Source: Anaerolineales bacterium (GTDB taxonomy: Bacteria; Chloroflexota; Anaerolineae; Anaerolineales; UBA11579). Taken from it: a stretch of 64,000 bases of DNA. Of the stretch, positions 37,284 to 48,441 are shown in pieces; position 1 is the first letter of the stretch; each line of letters begins with the position of its first letter. The stretch spans positions 93,263 through 157,262 of the forward strand of contig JASFQL010000004.1 in NCBI GenBank assembly GCA_050115475.1, written 5' to 3'. The position numbers were made by a program, and so were the translations under genes. The notes under the pieces are model-generated. The model made no database searches and had not been told where the DNA came from. It saw only the letters and a program-made list of their open reading frames with translations.

Positions 37284-37769
37284 ATGAAGCGAGATCGATT
37301 CTTAATTGGCATCCTGGTGGGGATCGCCATATTGGTGGTGATCTCATTGGTGGTTTTCTTCAACCGACAGGATTCCCAAGGATATATCGCAGAGACGACA
37401 CCTGACGGGGTCGTGCATAATTTCTTTTATGCTTACCAGCTAGGTGATTTCGAGCGCGCTTATAGCTATTTGGCAGTAGATAAGGAAGGTTATCCTAGTT
37501 TTTCACAATTCATGTCGTGGCGTTCTGAAGGGGTGGCACCAGGAGTAGGCGTACAGATCATGAGCTACGATATCGTTGAAAATGAAGATGGCGGTCGAGA
37601 CGCAGTTGTTGACCTCGAAATCGTTTATCCAAACAGGGGACTTTTTGACACTGGCTATCGTTCATATGAAACTGCCACCTTATTGGAGCAAAACGAAGAT
37701 TGGAAAATCCAAACGATGTCTTTTTGGTATTTCCGTAATTTGTATTCGCCAAAGGGGCCAGAAGGATAG
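37284..37769 (+). CDS. Hypothetical membrane-anchored protein (NTF2-like fold possible)
   Basis: N-terminal TM; TPDGVVHNF...GDFERAYSYL...WKI. Confidence 0.7.
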   Translation: MKRDRFLIGILVGIAILVVISLVVFFNRQDSQGYIAETTPDGVVHNFFYAYQLGDFERAYSYLAVDKEGYPSFSQFMSWRSEGVAPGVGVQIMSYDIVENEDGGRDAVVDLEIVYPNRGLFDTGYRSYETATLLEQNEDWKIQTMSFWYFRNLYSPKGPEG

Positions 37770-37798
37770 ATAATGGCTGAGAGGATCGGAGGCGTTCG

Positions 37799-39724
37799 AT
37801 GAAGGCAGTACGAAGAATATACATCTATTTGGTCGCTTTTGTGAGCCTGGAGGTTGTGGCCTGGTCGGTCATCGGGTTGGGGCGTTCTGCTTTTGATCGA
37901 CAAATCATCGGAGGCGGTGCAGACCAGCTTGCCGGCGCGCTGGCCTTTATTCTGGTCGGTCTGCCGGTTTTCCTGATTCACTGGTTATTAGCCCAACGAG
38001 ATGCAGGTAAAGAATCTGAAGAGCGTTTCTCTGGGATGCGGGTCTTGTTCCTCTATGGGACCTGGCTGGTGCTGTTTATACCTGTCGTGCAGAACGTCAC
38101 TGCCATGCTTAATCGCGCCCTGGCTTTGTGGTTGGCGAGCAACCCGAAAATGATTGCCATCGGTTCCGACCAGACCTGGAGTGATAATCTCGTAGGGATC
38201 GCCGTCAATGGGGTGTTGGCAGCCTACTTCTACACAGTCATCCGCGACAACTGGATGGATATGCCCAAAGGGAACTGGTTCCCTCTTATCCAGCGGATCG
38301 CCCGTTATCTACTCATGCTGTACGGGTTCGCGATGGCCTTTGCCGGAGTGCAGCAAGTCTTGTATTATTTATTCGAATTGGGCGATGCGATTGGGAGCGG
38401 GATTGTGGGAATCCTGGTAAACGGCCTGACTTTTCTCTTGATCGGCGTCCCGCTCTGGACCGTCTTATGGCGGTTGATCCAGCGTTCTCTTGAAGATAAG
38501 GAAGAAAGGGAATCCCTATTGCGGATGGGTGTACTCTACGGCCTGACCTTCCTGGCCGTGGTCATCACAATCGTCTCCGGGGGATCCGTCCTGAATGAGT
38601 TCTTTCGGGCGGCTTTTAGAGCAACCTCTTCCACCGGTAGTTTTATCGGCAGAGTAAGTGGAGAATTATCTGTGCTGATCCCTGCCCTGGTCTCCTGGGT
38701 ATTCTACAACCAGGCTTTGAAGCGAGGGATGGAAGCGACCTCAGACATACAGCAGCGAGCCGGGATGCACCGGCTGTACGCCTACGTGTTGTCTTTGATG
38801 GGATTGGTGGCATCCTTCGTGGGCACGTATTTGTTAATCGAATTCACACTGGATTTACTAGAAAGCCCTCAGATAATCAGAGGAGAAACATGGCATTTAC
38901 GAAACCTGGCCGAGGCTCTCTCCACGTTGCTGGTGGGGCTGCCGGTATGGGTATTGGCCTGGCGGCAGATGACAGCAGAAGCTTCCCAGAAGGGGGAGGC
39001 AGGTGACCACGCCAGGCGGTCGGTAATCCGTAAAGGATACCTGTATATCATTCTCTTTGCCGGCGTGATGGGGATCATGGGGACGACAGGTACACTCCTG
39101 TACAACATCCTCAAGTTGGTTCTGGGTGACGATGTACCAGATTTCACGCGGATGGTTTGGGACCTGTCAAGCTTATTAGTCCTTTTCGTCGTCCTGGCGG
39201 TCTACCATTGGCGGAGTTTACGCAGGGATAACCAGATAGCGGCAGATGCGTTGTCTGCCTTACATGCAAAGTTTTCTGTGTGTGTCTTCGACCAGGGGGA
39301 TGATGAGTTTGCCAAGTCTGTCGTGACGGCTTTGGCGAATGAATGCCCTAATATGCCCGTTACCGTCCATCAGGTGGGAGAGGCCTTCGACAAAAGCCTA
39401 ATGAACGCCGGGGCGGCCATCCTCCCGGCTAGTCTAGCGATCGACCAGCCGGAGCCCTTCCGTGAGTGGCTGGAGGAGTTCCCAGGCCATCGGCTGTTCG
39501 TCCCCACCGAAACCGAGGGGTGGAATTGGGTCGGGTTTTCGGGTACCTCACAGGAAGACCTGGCGCGGGAGGTTGCGAATACAGCCTGCCGGCTGGCTGA
39601 AGGGCAGAGGGGTACCGGATGGCGGGGAGTGTCTGGATGGAAGATTGCCGGGTACGTTTTCGCTTTTATCGTCGGCTTTTTCTTCCTGTTTTCGTTGATA
39701 CTTGCCTTAATCGATCTGTTCTAA
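37799..39724 (+). CDS. DUF5671-repeat membrane protein
   Basis: Repeated RRIYIYLV...LVGLPV..W units. Confidence 0.75.
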   Translation: MKAVRRIYIYLVAFVSLEVVAWSVIGLGRSAFDRQIIGGGADQLAGALAFILVGLPVFLIHWLLAQRDAGKESEERFSGMRVLFLYGTWLVLFIPVVQNVTAMLNRALALWLASNPKMIAIGSDQTWSDNLVGIAVNGVLAAYFYTVIRDNWMDMPKGNWFPLIQRIARYLLMLYGFAMAFAGVQQVLYYLFELGDAIGSGIVGILVNGLTFLLIGVPLWTVLWRLIQRSLEDKEERESLLRMGVLYGLTFLAVVITIVSGGSVLNEFFRAAFRATSSTGSFIGRVSGELSVLIPALVSWVFYNQALKRGMEATSDIQQRAGMHRLYAYVLSLMGLVASFVGTYLLIEFTLDLLESPQIIRGETWHLRNLAEALSTLLVGLPVWVLAWRQMTAEASQKGEAGDHARRSVIRKGYLYIILFAGVMGIMGTTGTLLYNILKLVLGDDVPDFTRMVWDLSSLLVLFVVLAVYHWRSLRRDNQIAADALSALHAKFSVCVFDQGDDEFAKSVVTALANECPNMPVTVHQVGEAFDKSLMNAGAAILPASLAIDQPEPFREWLEEFPGHRLFVPTETEGWNWVGFSGTSQEDLAREVANTACRLAEGQRGTGWRGVSGWKIAGYVFAFIVGFFFLFSLILALIDLF

Positions 39725-39807
39725 ATTACGACTTTTGAATAAGCCTCTGGAAATTTAAGGCCGAACGTTGTATACTTTTACCATCAGATGAAAAAGGGAA
39801 TGCAACC

Positions 39808-40941
39808 ATGAAAGTATCCGTATTGCAAGAAAACCTGGCTTATGGCCTAAGTGTGGTATCACGTGCGGTCTCCCCGCGCAGTACGCTCCCGGTATTGGCG
39901 AACGTCTTAGTGGCAACCGACGAGGGACGATTGCGCCTATCGGCAACCAACCTGGAAATGGGCATCACCTGCTGGATTGGGGCCAAGATCGCCGAAGAAG
40001 GCTCTACGACGGTGCCAGCGCGCACCTTTGCAGACTTGGTCAACACGCTGCCTGAGGGTCAGGTAGACATGGAGCTGGAGGTGCGGACACAGACATTAAA
40101 CGTCCACAGCGGTACGTCGAATACGGATATCAAGTGTATTGATTCCCAGGAGTTCCCCCCGATCGCCGTCCCTGATTTAGACGGTGGTGTGACCTTCGAA
40201 GTGGCGGACTTTAAAGAAATGATCCGACAGGTGGTTTTTGCTGCTTCGACGGACGAAGCCCGACCAGTGCTGACGGGTGTGTTGATGACGGTGGAAGAAA
40301 AATCGGTGACTTTGGCGGCGGCAGATGGTTTCCGGCTGTCTGTACGTACTATTGCGCTCCCCGAACCTGCCGGGCAGTCAATCAACGTTATCATCCCTGC
40401 ACGCGCCTTGAACGAACTTGCCCGCATCATGGGTGATGGCGGTAAAGAGGTCACCATGGTCTTACCGCCGGGGCGCGGCCAGGTGGTCTTCAGCATGAAG
40501 GACGTAGAGCTGACCACACAGTTGATCGAAGGGGCCTTCCCCGAATTCCAACAGATTGTCCCGACAGGCTACAACACCAGAACGGTCATATCGAGGGATG
40601 CGTTCTTGAAGGCCTGCAAACAGGCTGAGATCTTTGCACGCGATGGGTCCCACATCGCTCGAATCAACATCTCCCCTAGCGACGGCAGTGAACCCGGCTC
40701 GGTGGAGATTTCTGCCCAATCGGAAGAGACAGGCTCGAGTGAGGCAGTCGTCGACGCCACCATCGAGGGCCAACCCATCCTTATCGCTTTCAATGTGCGT
40801 TTCTTGCGGGAGGTCTTGGACGTCGTCGATACGCCCAACGTAGCCCTAGAAACGACAGCAGCAGCGGCGCCGGGGATGATCCATTCCCTTGGCGACGATA
40901 ATTTCCTGCACGTCATTATGCCGATGCATTTAGGGAATTGA
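39808..40941 (+). CDS. dnaN: DNA polymerase III beta sliding clamp
   Basis: STLPVL.N, ATNLE, RPVLTGV, ADGFRL, IAFN..FL and VIMPM motifs. Confidence 0.97.
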   Translation: MKVSVLQENLAYGLSVVSRAVSPRSTLPVLANVLVATDEGRLRLSATNLEMGITCWIGAKIAEEGSTTVPARTFADLVNTLPEGQVDMELEVRTQTLNVHSGTSNTDIKCIDSQEFPPIAVPDLDGGVTFEVADFKEMIRQVVFAASTDEARPVLTGVLMTVEEKSVTLAAADGFRLSVRTIALPEPAGQSINVIIPARALNELARIMGDGGKEVTMVLPPGRGQVVFSMKDVELTTQLIEGAFPEFQQIVPTGYNTRTVISRDAFLKACKQAEIFARDGSHIARINISPSDGSEPGSVEISAQSEETGSSEAVVDATIEGQPILIAFNVRFLREVLDVVDTPNVALETTAAAAPGMIHSLGDDNFLHVIMPMHLGN

Positions 40942-41060
40942 ACCAGTTCTGCTTCAATTCCCCAGCATTCTCGTAGTTATTAATTCTTACCGGTAAGTTT
41001 AGCTGTATTCTTTAGGTTTGGCCTGGAAAAGGACAAACTATTGATTGAATCTTTATTGAT

Positions 41061-43397
41061 ATGACACTGCCTTCCTCCTTTATCGATCCCCCTTACCGAA
41101 TTTACATCGCCCTGGCGCAATACCCGATTTTGCAGGACCGCATCCGCGATCGAATGCGTGAGGAGATGTTTGGGCGGGGAGTCATCAGCGTGGAGGAGTT
41201 CAACAACCAAGTACGGGCCCAGTCGACCGAATCACAGGCCCGTGAGGCTATCGCTTTTCCTATCGGTGAAGAGCCGCCGGATGTGTGGCTCAAGCGCAAG
41301 GATCAGGTCAGGCAGTATCTCACCGACTTACATTTTGCCAACAACCTCTCTTTTGAATTGTTCGAAGAGATCGTCCACGAAGTGCTGGATGAAAGGGGGG
41401 CGGATAAGGAAGACTGGCTGACGACCTGGAACGCCGAGCTGGCGCCGATAGAACTACTCCTCGAACAGGCCCTCCGCATCGAGCGAATGAGGCCAGAGAC
41501 GCGCAAGAAATACGAACCCCATTTAAAAGAGATCAAGGTCGTACTCATCCGGAATATGATAAGCGACCAACTGGCTTACATCCATATCGCCAGACAGTGG
41601 CTCACCATCGAGGATTTGTTGGATATCCGCCAAAGGAAGATTGGACGGGGGAAGATCGGCGGTAAGGCCGCCGGGATGCTTCTGGCCCAGCGGATCATCA
41701 AAGAGACAGGAGACGAGGATATCAGAGCACACGTCAAGATCCCGGAATCTTATTTCCTGGCTGCCGACGTTTTGTATTCTTTCATGGCGCACAACAACCT
41801 GCTCCATTGGAACGACCAGAAATATAAAACCGAAGAAGAGATTCGCTCGGAATATCCCAAACTTTGCCAGGAGTATTTAGAAGGAGAGTTCCCACCGGAT
41901 ATCGTGGAGGAATTGAGAAAAATCTTAGCGCGAACGAAAAACCGACCTTTGATCGTGCGATCGTCCAGTTTACTCGAAGACAGCTTTGGAACTTTATTTG
42001 CAGGAAAATATGCCAGCTTTTTCTGCCCTAACCAGTCCAGCCCGGAAGAGAACCTCAAAAGCCTGGTTGAGTCGATTACCAGGGTGTACGCCAGCGCCCT
42101 GCACGCCGACCCGCTTCTCTACCGGCGCAGCAAAGGGCTATTAGACTACGATGAGCGGATTGCCGTGCTGATCCAGACGGTGCAGGGCGAGCAGATGGGC
42201 GACTACTTCCTCCCCCATGCGGCCGGAGTGGCCTTCAGCCGCAACCTATACCGCTGGTCGCCGGAGATCGAACGAGATGCTGGGTTCCTCCGCCTGGTTT
42301 GGGGTTTGGGCACACGGGCCGTCGATCGCGTTTCGAGTGATTTCCCCCGGCTGGTGGCGCTGAGCCACCCCCAGCTACACACTCATTCAGATGTCAATAT
42401 GATTCGCAAGTATTCCCAAAGCAAGGTCGACCTGATCGATCTGACGTTGAATGAATTCCGTACGCTGCCCGTTCGTGAAGCCCTAAGCCAGGATTATCCT
42501 GTCCTGCGGTATATTGCCCAGCTTTTCAAGGACGGATATTTCACATCGCTGCAGAGTCGTTTAATTGAAGACGGTGTGGAAGACCTGGTCATCACAATGG
42601 ATGAACTCCTTCGCAGAACGCCGCTAGCTGGCCGGATGAAACGCATTTTACAGACTCTGGCGGAAAATTACCGTTCACCTGTCGATATGGAATTCACCGT
42701 GCAGATCGTAGATGTGGGTACGTCTTCTCCCGATGCGGTCATTTCTATATTGCAGTGCCGCCCCCAGAGTCATTTACGGGACGCAGATGTGCATATTCCC
42801 AAGGATGTACCCACAAAGGATATCATCTTCACCACGGATAAAATCTTACCCCATGGTCAGGTTTCTGATATCCGGTATGTACTCTTTGTCCCACACGAAG
42901 AATTTTTCAGCCTGCCGACCTCGGTCGAGCGGGTCGAGTTAGCCCGGGCTATTGGGCGGTTGAATGCTCAATTGGATGGAGAGAATTTCATCTGTGTTGG
43001 GCCAGGACGATGGGGGTCGAACAATCCAGACCTCGGTGTGAAAGTGGCCTACTCGGATATTTACCACACTCGCGCTCTGGTGGAGTATTCCGGTGAGGGG
43101 GTGGGCGGCGCCCCTGAACCTTCTCTAGGGACGCATTTCTTCCAGGACCTGATCGAGGCCGAGATCTATCCCCTGGCGATCTATCTGGATGAGGAGAACG
43201 TGATTTTCAACCGGGCTTTCTTTTACAAGACTCCCAACCATTTGGATGATTACCTGCCGAATGACAAGAACTTCTCGAAGGTACTACGGTTAATCATGGT
43301 GGAAGATTACCGCCGGGGCCACTCGATGAACCTGGTGATGGACAGCGACACAGGCCAGGCCATCGCTTATATGGTTAAAGACTTTGTTAAAAATTAG
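41061..43397 (+). CDS. PEP/pyruvate-binding (PPDK_N ATP-grasp) domain protein
   Basis: IGGKAAG, VRSSSLLEDS..FAGKY, WGLGTRAV, ILQCRP, GPGRWGS and GTHFFQ motifs. Confidence 0.85.
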   Translation: MTLPSSFIDPPYRIYIALAQYPILQDRIRDRMREEMFGRGVISVEEFNNQVRAQSTESQAREAIAFPIGEEPPDVWLKRKDQVRQYLTDLHFANNLSFELFEEIVHEVLDERGADKEDWLTTWNAELAPIELLLEQALRIERMRPETRKKYEPHLKEIKVVLIRNMISDQLAYIHIARQWLTIEDLLDIRQRKIGRGKIGGKAAGMLLAQRIIKETGDEDIRAHVKIPESYFLAADVLYSFMAHNNLLHWNDQKYKTEEEIRSEYPKLCQEYLEGEFPPDIVEELRKILARTKNRPLIVRSSSLLEDSFGTLFAGKYASFFCPNQSSPEENLKSLVESITRVYASALHADPLLYRRSKGLLDYDERIAVLIQTVQGEQMGDYFLPHAAGVAFSRNLYRWSPEIERDAGFLRLVWGLGTRAVDRVSSDFPRLVALSHPQLHTHSDVNMIRKYSQSKVDLIDLTLNEFRTLPVREALSQDYPVLRYIAQLFKDGYFTSLQSRLIEDGVEDLVITMDELLRRTPLAGRMKRILQTLAENYRSPVDMEFTVQIVDVGTSSPDAVISILQCRPQSHLRDADVHIPKDVPTKDIIFTTDKILPHGQVSDIRYVLFVPHEEFFSLPTSVERVELARAIGRLNAQLDGENFICVGPGRWGSNNPDLGVKVAYSDIYHTRALVEYSGEGVGGAPEPSLGTHFFQDLIEAEIYPLAIYLDEENVIFNRAFFYKTPNHLDDYLPNDKNFSKVLRLIMVEDYRRGHSMNLVMDSDTGQAIAYMVKDFVKN

Positions 43398-43405
43398 GAG
43401 TTGAT

Positions 43406-44068
43406 ATGAAAAAATACGTGGCTGTTGCTGGCAATATCGGCGTGGGAAAATCTACGCTGGTGAAAAAGCTGTGTGAGAAACTGGGGTGGGAACCGTATTA
43501 TGAACCTGTGGCAGAGAACCCCTATTTGGAAGATTTCTACGAGGAAATGAATACCTGGGCTTTCCACTCTCAGGTCTACTTCCTCACTCACCGCCTACAC
43601 TCGCACCGCGAACTGATGGAGTATCCTACATCAGTAGTGCAGGACCGGTCGGTGTATGAAGATGCTGAGATCTTTGCCAAGAACCTCTACCTACACGGCC
43701 ACATCAACGAACGCGATTATGCCACGTACCGGAAACTGTTCGACCTGTTCATTACATTACTCCCGCATCCAGACCTCGTCGTCTACCTGCGGGCTTCGGT
43801 AGAGACCCTGCGGGCGCGCATCGACATGCGCGGCCGCCAAATCGAAAGCAATATCACCGGAGGTTACCTGGTCCAATTGAATGAGTTGTATGAGGAATGG
43901 ATCGCGGATTTTTCACTCAGTCCCATCCTCATTGTCCCCGCTGATGAGATCGATTTCGTGGCGTATTCCGGGCATCTCGATTTGATCGTTGAAAAAGTGG
44001 AGGAAAAATTGAGGGGGAAGGAGGAGGTGATTTTTGCCCCCGAGGATATCGAACAGTTCTTATTTTGA
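43406..44068 (+). CDS. Deoxynucleoside kinase
   Basis: GNIGVGKST, EPV..NPYL..FY, DRSVYED and RGR..E motifs. Confidence 0.93.
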   Translation: MKKYVAVAGNIGVGKSTLVKKLCEKLGWEPYYEPVAENPYLEDFYEEMNTWAFHSQVYFLTHRLHSHRELMEYPTSVVQDRSVYEDAEIFAKNLYLHGHINERDYATYRKLFDLFITLLPHPDLVVYLRASVETLRARIDMRGRQIESNITGGYLVQLNELYEEWIADFSLSPILIVPADEIDFVAYSGHLDLIVEKVEEKLRGKEEVIFAPEDIEQFLF

Positions 44069-44107
44069 TGAAGGTAACTGCCTAATAGGATTGGCCCTCA
44101 CTTCAGT

Positions 44108-44153
44108 AAAAAAAAATGAAGCTCTTGGGGAACAGGAGACACCAAGAGCTTTT
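44108..44153. terminator. Terminator between convergent dNK and spoVS
   Basis: AAGCTCTTGG...CCAAGAGCTT with an A-run upstream and a T-run downstream. Confidence 0.65.
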
Positions 44154-44176
44154 ATCTATTAAGTTGAAAGACTGAC

Positions 44177-44464
44177 TTATACTTCTTCTTCAACCGGCAC
44201 AGGGTGACGGAGTTCTACGGTTATTTTAATCGCCGTGCGAATTTTATCTTCGATTTCAACGTCGGTGAACTCAGGTGAAAAAACCACATCGTAACCATCT
44301 TCAGCCAGGTAACCTTTGGCTAAAACGATGGCTTTCACAGCCTGATTGACTGCCCCGGCACCAATCGCTTGGATTTCAGCACGTTTGTTTTCTCTGAAAA
44401 CCCCTGCAATGGCCCCGGCTACTGCGGATGTACGGGAAGTCCCAGAAACCTTAATCACATCCAT
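44177..44464 (-). CDS. spoVS: SpoVS family nucleic-acid-binding protein
   Basis: IKVS...AVAGAIAG...QAIGAGAVNQAVKAI. Confidence 0.93.
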   Translation of the reverse strand: MDVIKVSGTSRTSAVAGAIAGVFRENKRAEIQAIGAGAVNQAVKAIVLAKGYLAEDGYDVVFSPEFTDVEIEDKIRTAIKITVELRHPVPVEEEV

Positions 44465-44773
44465 TATGACGCTCCTCGCAAAGATGGTGTGTTTTTCATT
44501 GTATGCGGAATAGGAAATTTAATCCCACCGCTTCTTATAATTCATTTTACAAGATTTTATATGTGGAATCAAGCGAGTTTTGGAATATTTCTGCCTGATT
44601 AGTGTAAATTTAGCGACCAAATTCTGCTTTTTAGGGTGGAAATACGGGAAAAAGGCAGAAGACATGCTGAGATTATCATCGAAAAGCTGTCGAATCTCAT
44701 CCGCCGGGTGATCCACTTTTTTATTTTGGGGAGCGAATCCATCTGAAATTTTATATGGTACACTTCTCCGGCG

Positions 44774-47158
44774 ATGGACGAAAAAACACTCAGGACCCTC
44801 GAATACGACCGCATCCTCGAACGGCTGGCGGACTATGCCGCCTTCGCCGTTTCGAAGGAAAAAGCTCTGGCACTCAAGCCGATAACAGATTTAGACACGG
44901 CCAGGCAGCTTCTGGCAGAGACCGGCGAAGCGCGCCTGCTGCTTGAGACAGAACCCTCGACCACGATTGGCGGGGCGCGGGATATCCGGACTCAGGTCGA
45001 AGGGGCCAACCGCGGTGTTGTTTTGGTACCGGGGGACCTGCTGGACGTCAAGTCTACGTTGATCTCATCGCGCAGATTAAAAAGACAGCTTGAGCGTTCC
45101 GCCTCCACCTACCCCTACTTGGCGGAGATTGCCTTGAACTTCCCCGGGCCATTGGGGCTGGTGGATGCCATCACCCGCACGGTCTCAGACCGGGGCGAGA
45201 TATTGGACAGCGCCTCGCCTGAGTTGAAAAAAATCCGTGCCGAACTACAGGTGACCCACGAGCGCCTGCTGACACGCATGCAGCGTTTACTCAATAATAA
45301 AGAAATCGCTCCTTACCTGCAGGAAGCCCTGGTGACCCAGCGAGAGGGGCGCTATGTGATCCCCGTCCGGGCGGATGCCAAAGGGCGCGTCAAATCGGTC
45401 GTGCACGACGTCTCGGCTTCCGGCGCGACCCTGTTCGTCGAACCTCTGCAGGTCGTAGACATGAACAACACCTGGCGTGAACTCCAAGTGGCAGAAGAGG
45501 ATGAGGAGCGGCGCATCCTCACAGAAATTTCAGATCAGATCGGCGAACATGCAGATGAGATCATCGGGGCGGTGGAAACCCTGGCGGAACTGGACTTACT
45601 CTTCTCCAAAGCGAAATACGCCGAGACTTTAAAAGCCAGCGAGCCAGCATTGAAGGCTTTCTCTCCGACGAAGAAAGACCTCAATCCAGGTATAACCATG
45701 CACCTATTGCAGGCCAGACACCCGCTCTTGGATCCTGAGACGGTCGTGCCGGTGGACGTCGACGTGGATGCGGATACTTACGTACTGCTCATCACCGGAC
45801 CTAACACCGGGGGGAAGACGGTCACACTCAAGATGGTTGGCTTACTGGCCTGTATGGCCCAATCAGGGCTGCACATCCCTGCCCAGGCGGATTCCGAGAT
45901 GAGTCTTTTCCAGGAAATATACGCCGACATCGGCGACGAACAATCCATCGAGCAGTCCCTATCCACTTTTTCAGGGCACATCACCAACATCGTCCACATC
46001 CTCGACAAGGCAGACAAACGCTCCCTGGTTATTTTGGACGAACTTGGTGCGGGCACAGACCCGGGAGAAGGGGCAGCCCTGGCCCAGGCCATCCTAACTT
46101 TTTTGATCGAAAACAGCATCCCTACCCTTGTGGCGACCCACTACCCGGAATTAAAGGCTTATGCGCACACCACAGCGGGTGTGGTCAACGCGAGCATGGA
46201 GTTCGACCTCGAGACCCTCCGCCCGACCTACCACCTCACCGTCGGTTTGCCAGGGCGCTCGAACGCCCTGGCCATCGCCCAACGTCTAGGGTTGAAGAAG
46301 GACATCGTGGAAGCGGCACGCAGCCGCATCGACCCTGCCGAACTGAAAGCCGAGGACTTGCTGGACGAAATTCACCGGCAACGAGACTTATCCCGCAGGG
46401 CACGTGAAGCCGCAGAAAATGCCCAGAAGGAAGCTGAAGGGCTACGGGCGGAACTCATCGAGCGGTTGGAGGGGATCGAAGACGAACGCCTGGAAGTGAT
46501 TGCCGAAGCATATAAAGATGCGAAGATGGAAATCGAATCGCTGAAAGAGGAGATGCGCGATGCCCAAAAACAACTGGCGCAGGCACGCCAACCCCTGGAA
46601 GCCCTCCAGCAGGTCGAGGAGAAAATCAAGGCGGTCGAAAAGGAAGTCCAGGCGCCGGTAGAGCGGAAGCGGATTGTCGAAGAGCTGCCTCAGGTGCTCC
46701 GGCGCGCTGTACGGTTGGGCGACCGCGTGCGGCTGCGCACGTTGGGGAAGGAGGGTATCGTCACCTCGTTGGGGAAAGAAGACGCCGAGATCCAAATCGG
46801 CAACCTAAGGGTGCGTGTGGATCTATACGACCTGGATGTCGTGGGGGGGAAGGTGGAGGAAAAAGCCACCGAAACGGTGCGGGATACGATCAATTTCCAG
46901 GTGAAGTCGCCTGGACCGGAACTGTCTTTGCGGGGGATGGCCGTAGATGAGGCTTTGGAAGCCCTGGGCCACTACCTCGACCGGGCATACGTGGCCGGGC
47001 TGCCTTACGCGCGGATCGTACACGGTAAGGGGACGGGGAAATTAAGGAGCGCAGTGCGGAAGGAATTGGATAGGAATCCACAAGTCGAACGGCATGAAAT
47101 GGGAGGCCCCACAGAAGGGGGCGACGGCGTCACGATTGCCTTTTTTAAACAGGATTAG
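44774..47158 (+). CDS. mutS2: Endonuclease MutS2
   Basis: TGPNTGGKT, DIGDEQSIEQSLSTFS, DELGAGTDP; Smr domain IVHGKGTG. Confidence 0.97.
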   Translation: MDEKTLRTLEYDRILERLADYAAFAVSKEKALALKPITDLDTARQLLAETGEARLLLETEPSTTIGGARDIRTQVEGANRGVVLVPGDLLDVKSTLISSRRLKRQLERSASTYPYLAEIALNFPGPLGLVDAITRTVSDRGEILDSASPELKKIRAELQVTHERLLTRMQRLLNNKEIAPYLQEALVTQREGRYVIPVRADAKGRVKSVVHDVSASGATLFVEPLQVVDMNNTWRELQVAEEDEERRILTEISDQIGEHADEIIGAVETLAELDLLFSKAKYAETLKASEPALKAFSPTKKDLNPGITMHLLQARHPLLDPETVVPVDVDVDADTYVLLITGPNTGGKTVTLKMVGLLACMAQSGLHIPAQADSEMSLFQEIYADIGDEQSIEQSLSTFSGHITNIVHILDKADKRSLVILDELGAGTDPGEGAALAQAILTFLIENSIPTLVATHYPELKAYAHTTAGVVNASMEFDLETLRPTYHLTVGLPGRSNALAIAQRLGLKKDIVEAARSRIDPAELKAEDLLDEIHRQRDLSRRAREAAENAQKEAEGLRAELIERLEGIEDERLEVIAEAYKDAKMEIESLKEEMRDAQKQLAQARQPLEALQQVEEKIKAVEKEVQAPVERKRIVEELPQVLRRAVRLGDRVRLRTLGKEGIVTSLGKEDAEIQIGNLRVRVDLYDLDVVGGKVEEKATETVRDTINFQVKSPGPELSLRGMAVDEALEALGHYLDRAYVAGLPYARIVHGKGTGKLRSAVRKELDRNPQVERHEMGGPTEGGDGVTIAFFKQD

Positions 47159-47181
47159 TTACCCCACTTACTGGTGTGATT

Positions 47182-48093
47182 TTATATTACCTTCGATGCG
47201 GTGATTTGATCCCCACGCTGGTTGATGAGGGCGATCCCAATTACGATGAGGGCCATCCCACCGGCCATCCCCAACGTGATGGTTTCGTGTAAGATAAAGT
47301 AGCCACCGATGCTGGCAACGACGGGGATGACGTAAGCGGTCATAGCGGAGGCAGTGGCGCCGAAACGTTTGACGATATAGAAAGACACCATCATGGCAAG
47401 GAATGTCCCAGCTAGAGCTGCCCACGCCAGGGCCAAGACTCCCTGCTGGTTTACCTGGCTGAGATCGAAGCCGACAAACAAGACAGACAAGGGCAAGGCG
47501 ATCAGGGCGGCAACCGTGAGGCGGGCGGTGGTGACCTGGACGGCATCCAGGTCGGCCATGTACTTACGGGCGTAAACGACAGATATACTGGAAGAGGTCA
47601 TGGCGATGAAGACCAGCAGATATCCGGTGGGGCTGGTCTCGCTGACATCGGGCAAGCCGGTTTCCCCCAGCAGCACAAGCAGCAGCGCCCCACTCAATGC
47701 GATAACGATGCCAACGATTTTACGCTTATTGAGTGATTCTTCCTGGAGGAAGAAATGCGCCATGCTGACGGTGATGGCAGGGCCGAGTGTAATCAAGATC
47801 GAGGTCATGCCGCTGGATTGGTAATTCAAGGAGGCGACGATGCAGTTCATAGGGACGGCTGTGCCTAATATCCCCATAACTGATGCGTGCCGCCATAGGC
47901 TGCGACCCGCAGGCCATTTACTCCGCTGAGAGGGCAGTCTCGTCAGGATGAGATAGCCCAGGCTGGCGAGACTCAGCCGGAGGGCGATATACGTGCTGGG
48001 TTCAAACTGGTCAACGCTGAAGCGGGAGGCTATCAGGGTGGTGCCAAAGAATGTGCCCAAAAGTAAGATGTAGGGGATGGCTTGAATGGGCAT
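47182..48093 (-). CDS. DMT/EamA family transporter
   Basis: Two EamA repeats, about 10 TM helices. Confidence 0.9.
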   Translation of the reverse strand: MPIQAIPYILLLGTFFGTTLIASRFSVDQFEPSTYIALRLSLASLGYLILTRLPSQRSKWPAGRSLWRHASVMGILGTAVPMNCIVASLNYQSSGMTSILITLGPAITVSMAHFFLQEESLNKRKIVGIVIALSGALLLVLLGETGLPDVSETSPTGYLLVFIAMTSSSISVVYARKYMADLDAVQVTTARLTVAALIALPLSVLFVGFDLSQVNQQGVLALAWAALAGTFLAMMVSFYIVKRFGATASAMTAYVIPVVASIGGYFILHETITLGMAGGMALIVIGIALINQRGDQITASKVI

Positions 48094-48441
48094 CGGATTG
48101 TCCTTCGTGATTATATGCAGCTAATTTCCAATGATACTCGATAAAGTTTACTTGTGGTAGGGATAGGGAAAACTCAGCCAGTATATCGTATCCACACTTT
48201 AGGTCCCCTCGATTCCACGATTGGGCTATAATAATCGTACGTATCAGCATATCGCAACCTGCGTAAATCCAAAGCCATCGATGTGATAATTGAATAGTTC
48301 GTGAGGGAGCCGTTGAAAAGATTGAAGGGTGATTATCGGCGAGTTCACGAATTGAGAATTTAGCTTCCAGGGTAACGCTCTTGTTGGGTAATGTAAATCT
48401 CTCCTGAACGGTCTTGCCTTGGTAGGGAAGGAAATATAAAA

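Noticed and set aside
44177-44464. Evidence for sporulation
   Set aside because: SpoVS homologs occur in non-sporulating lineages, and no other sporulation genes are present.
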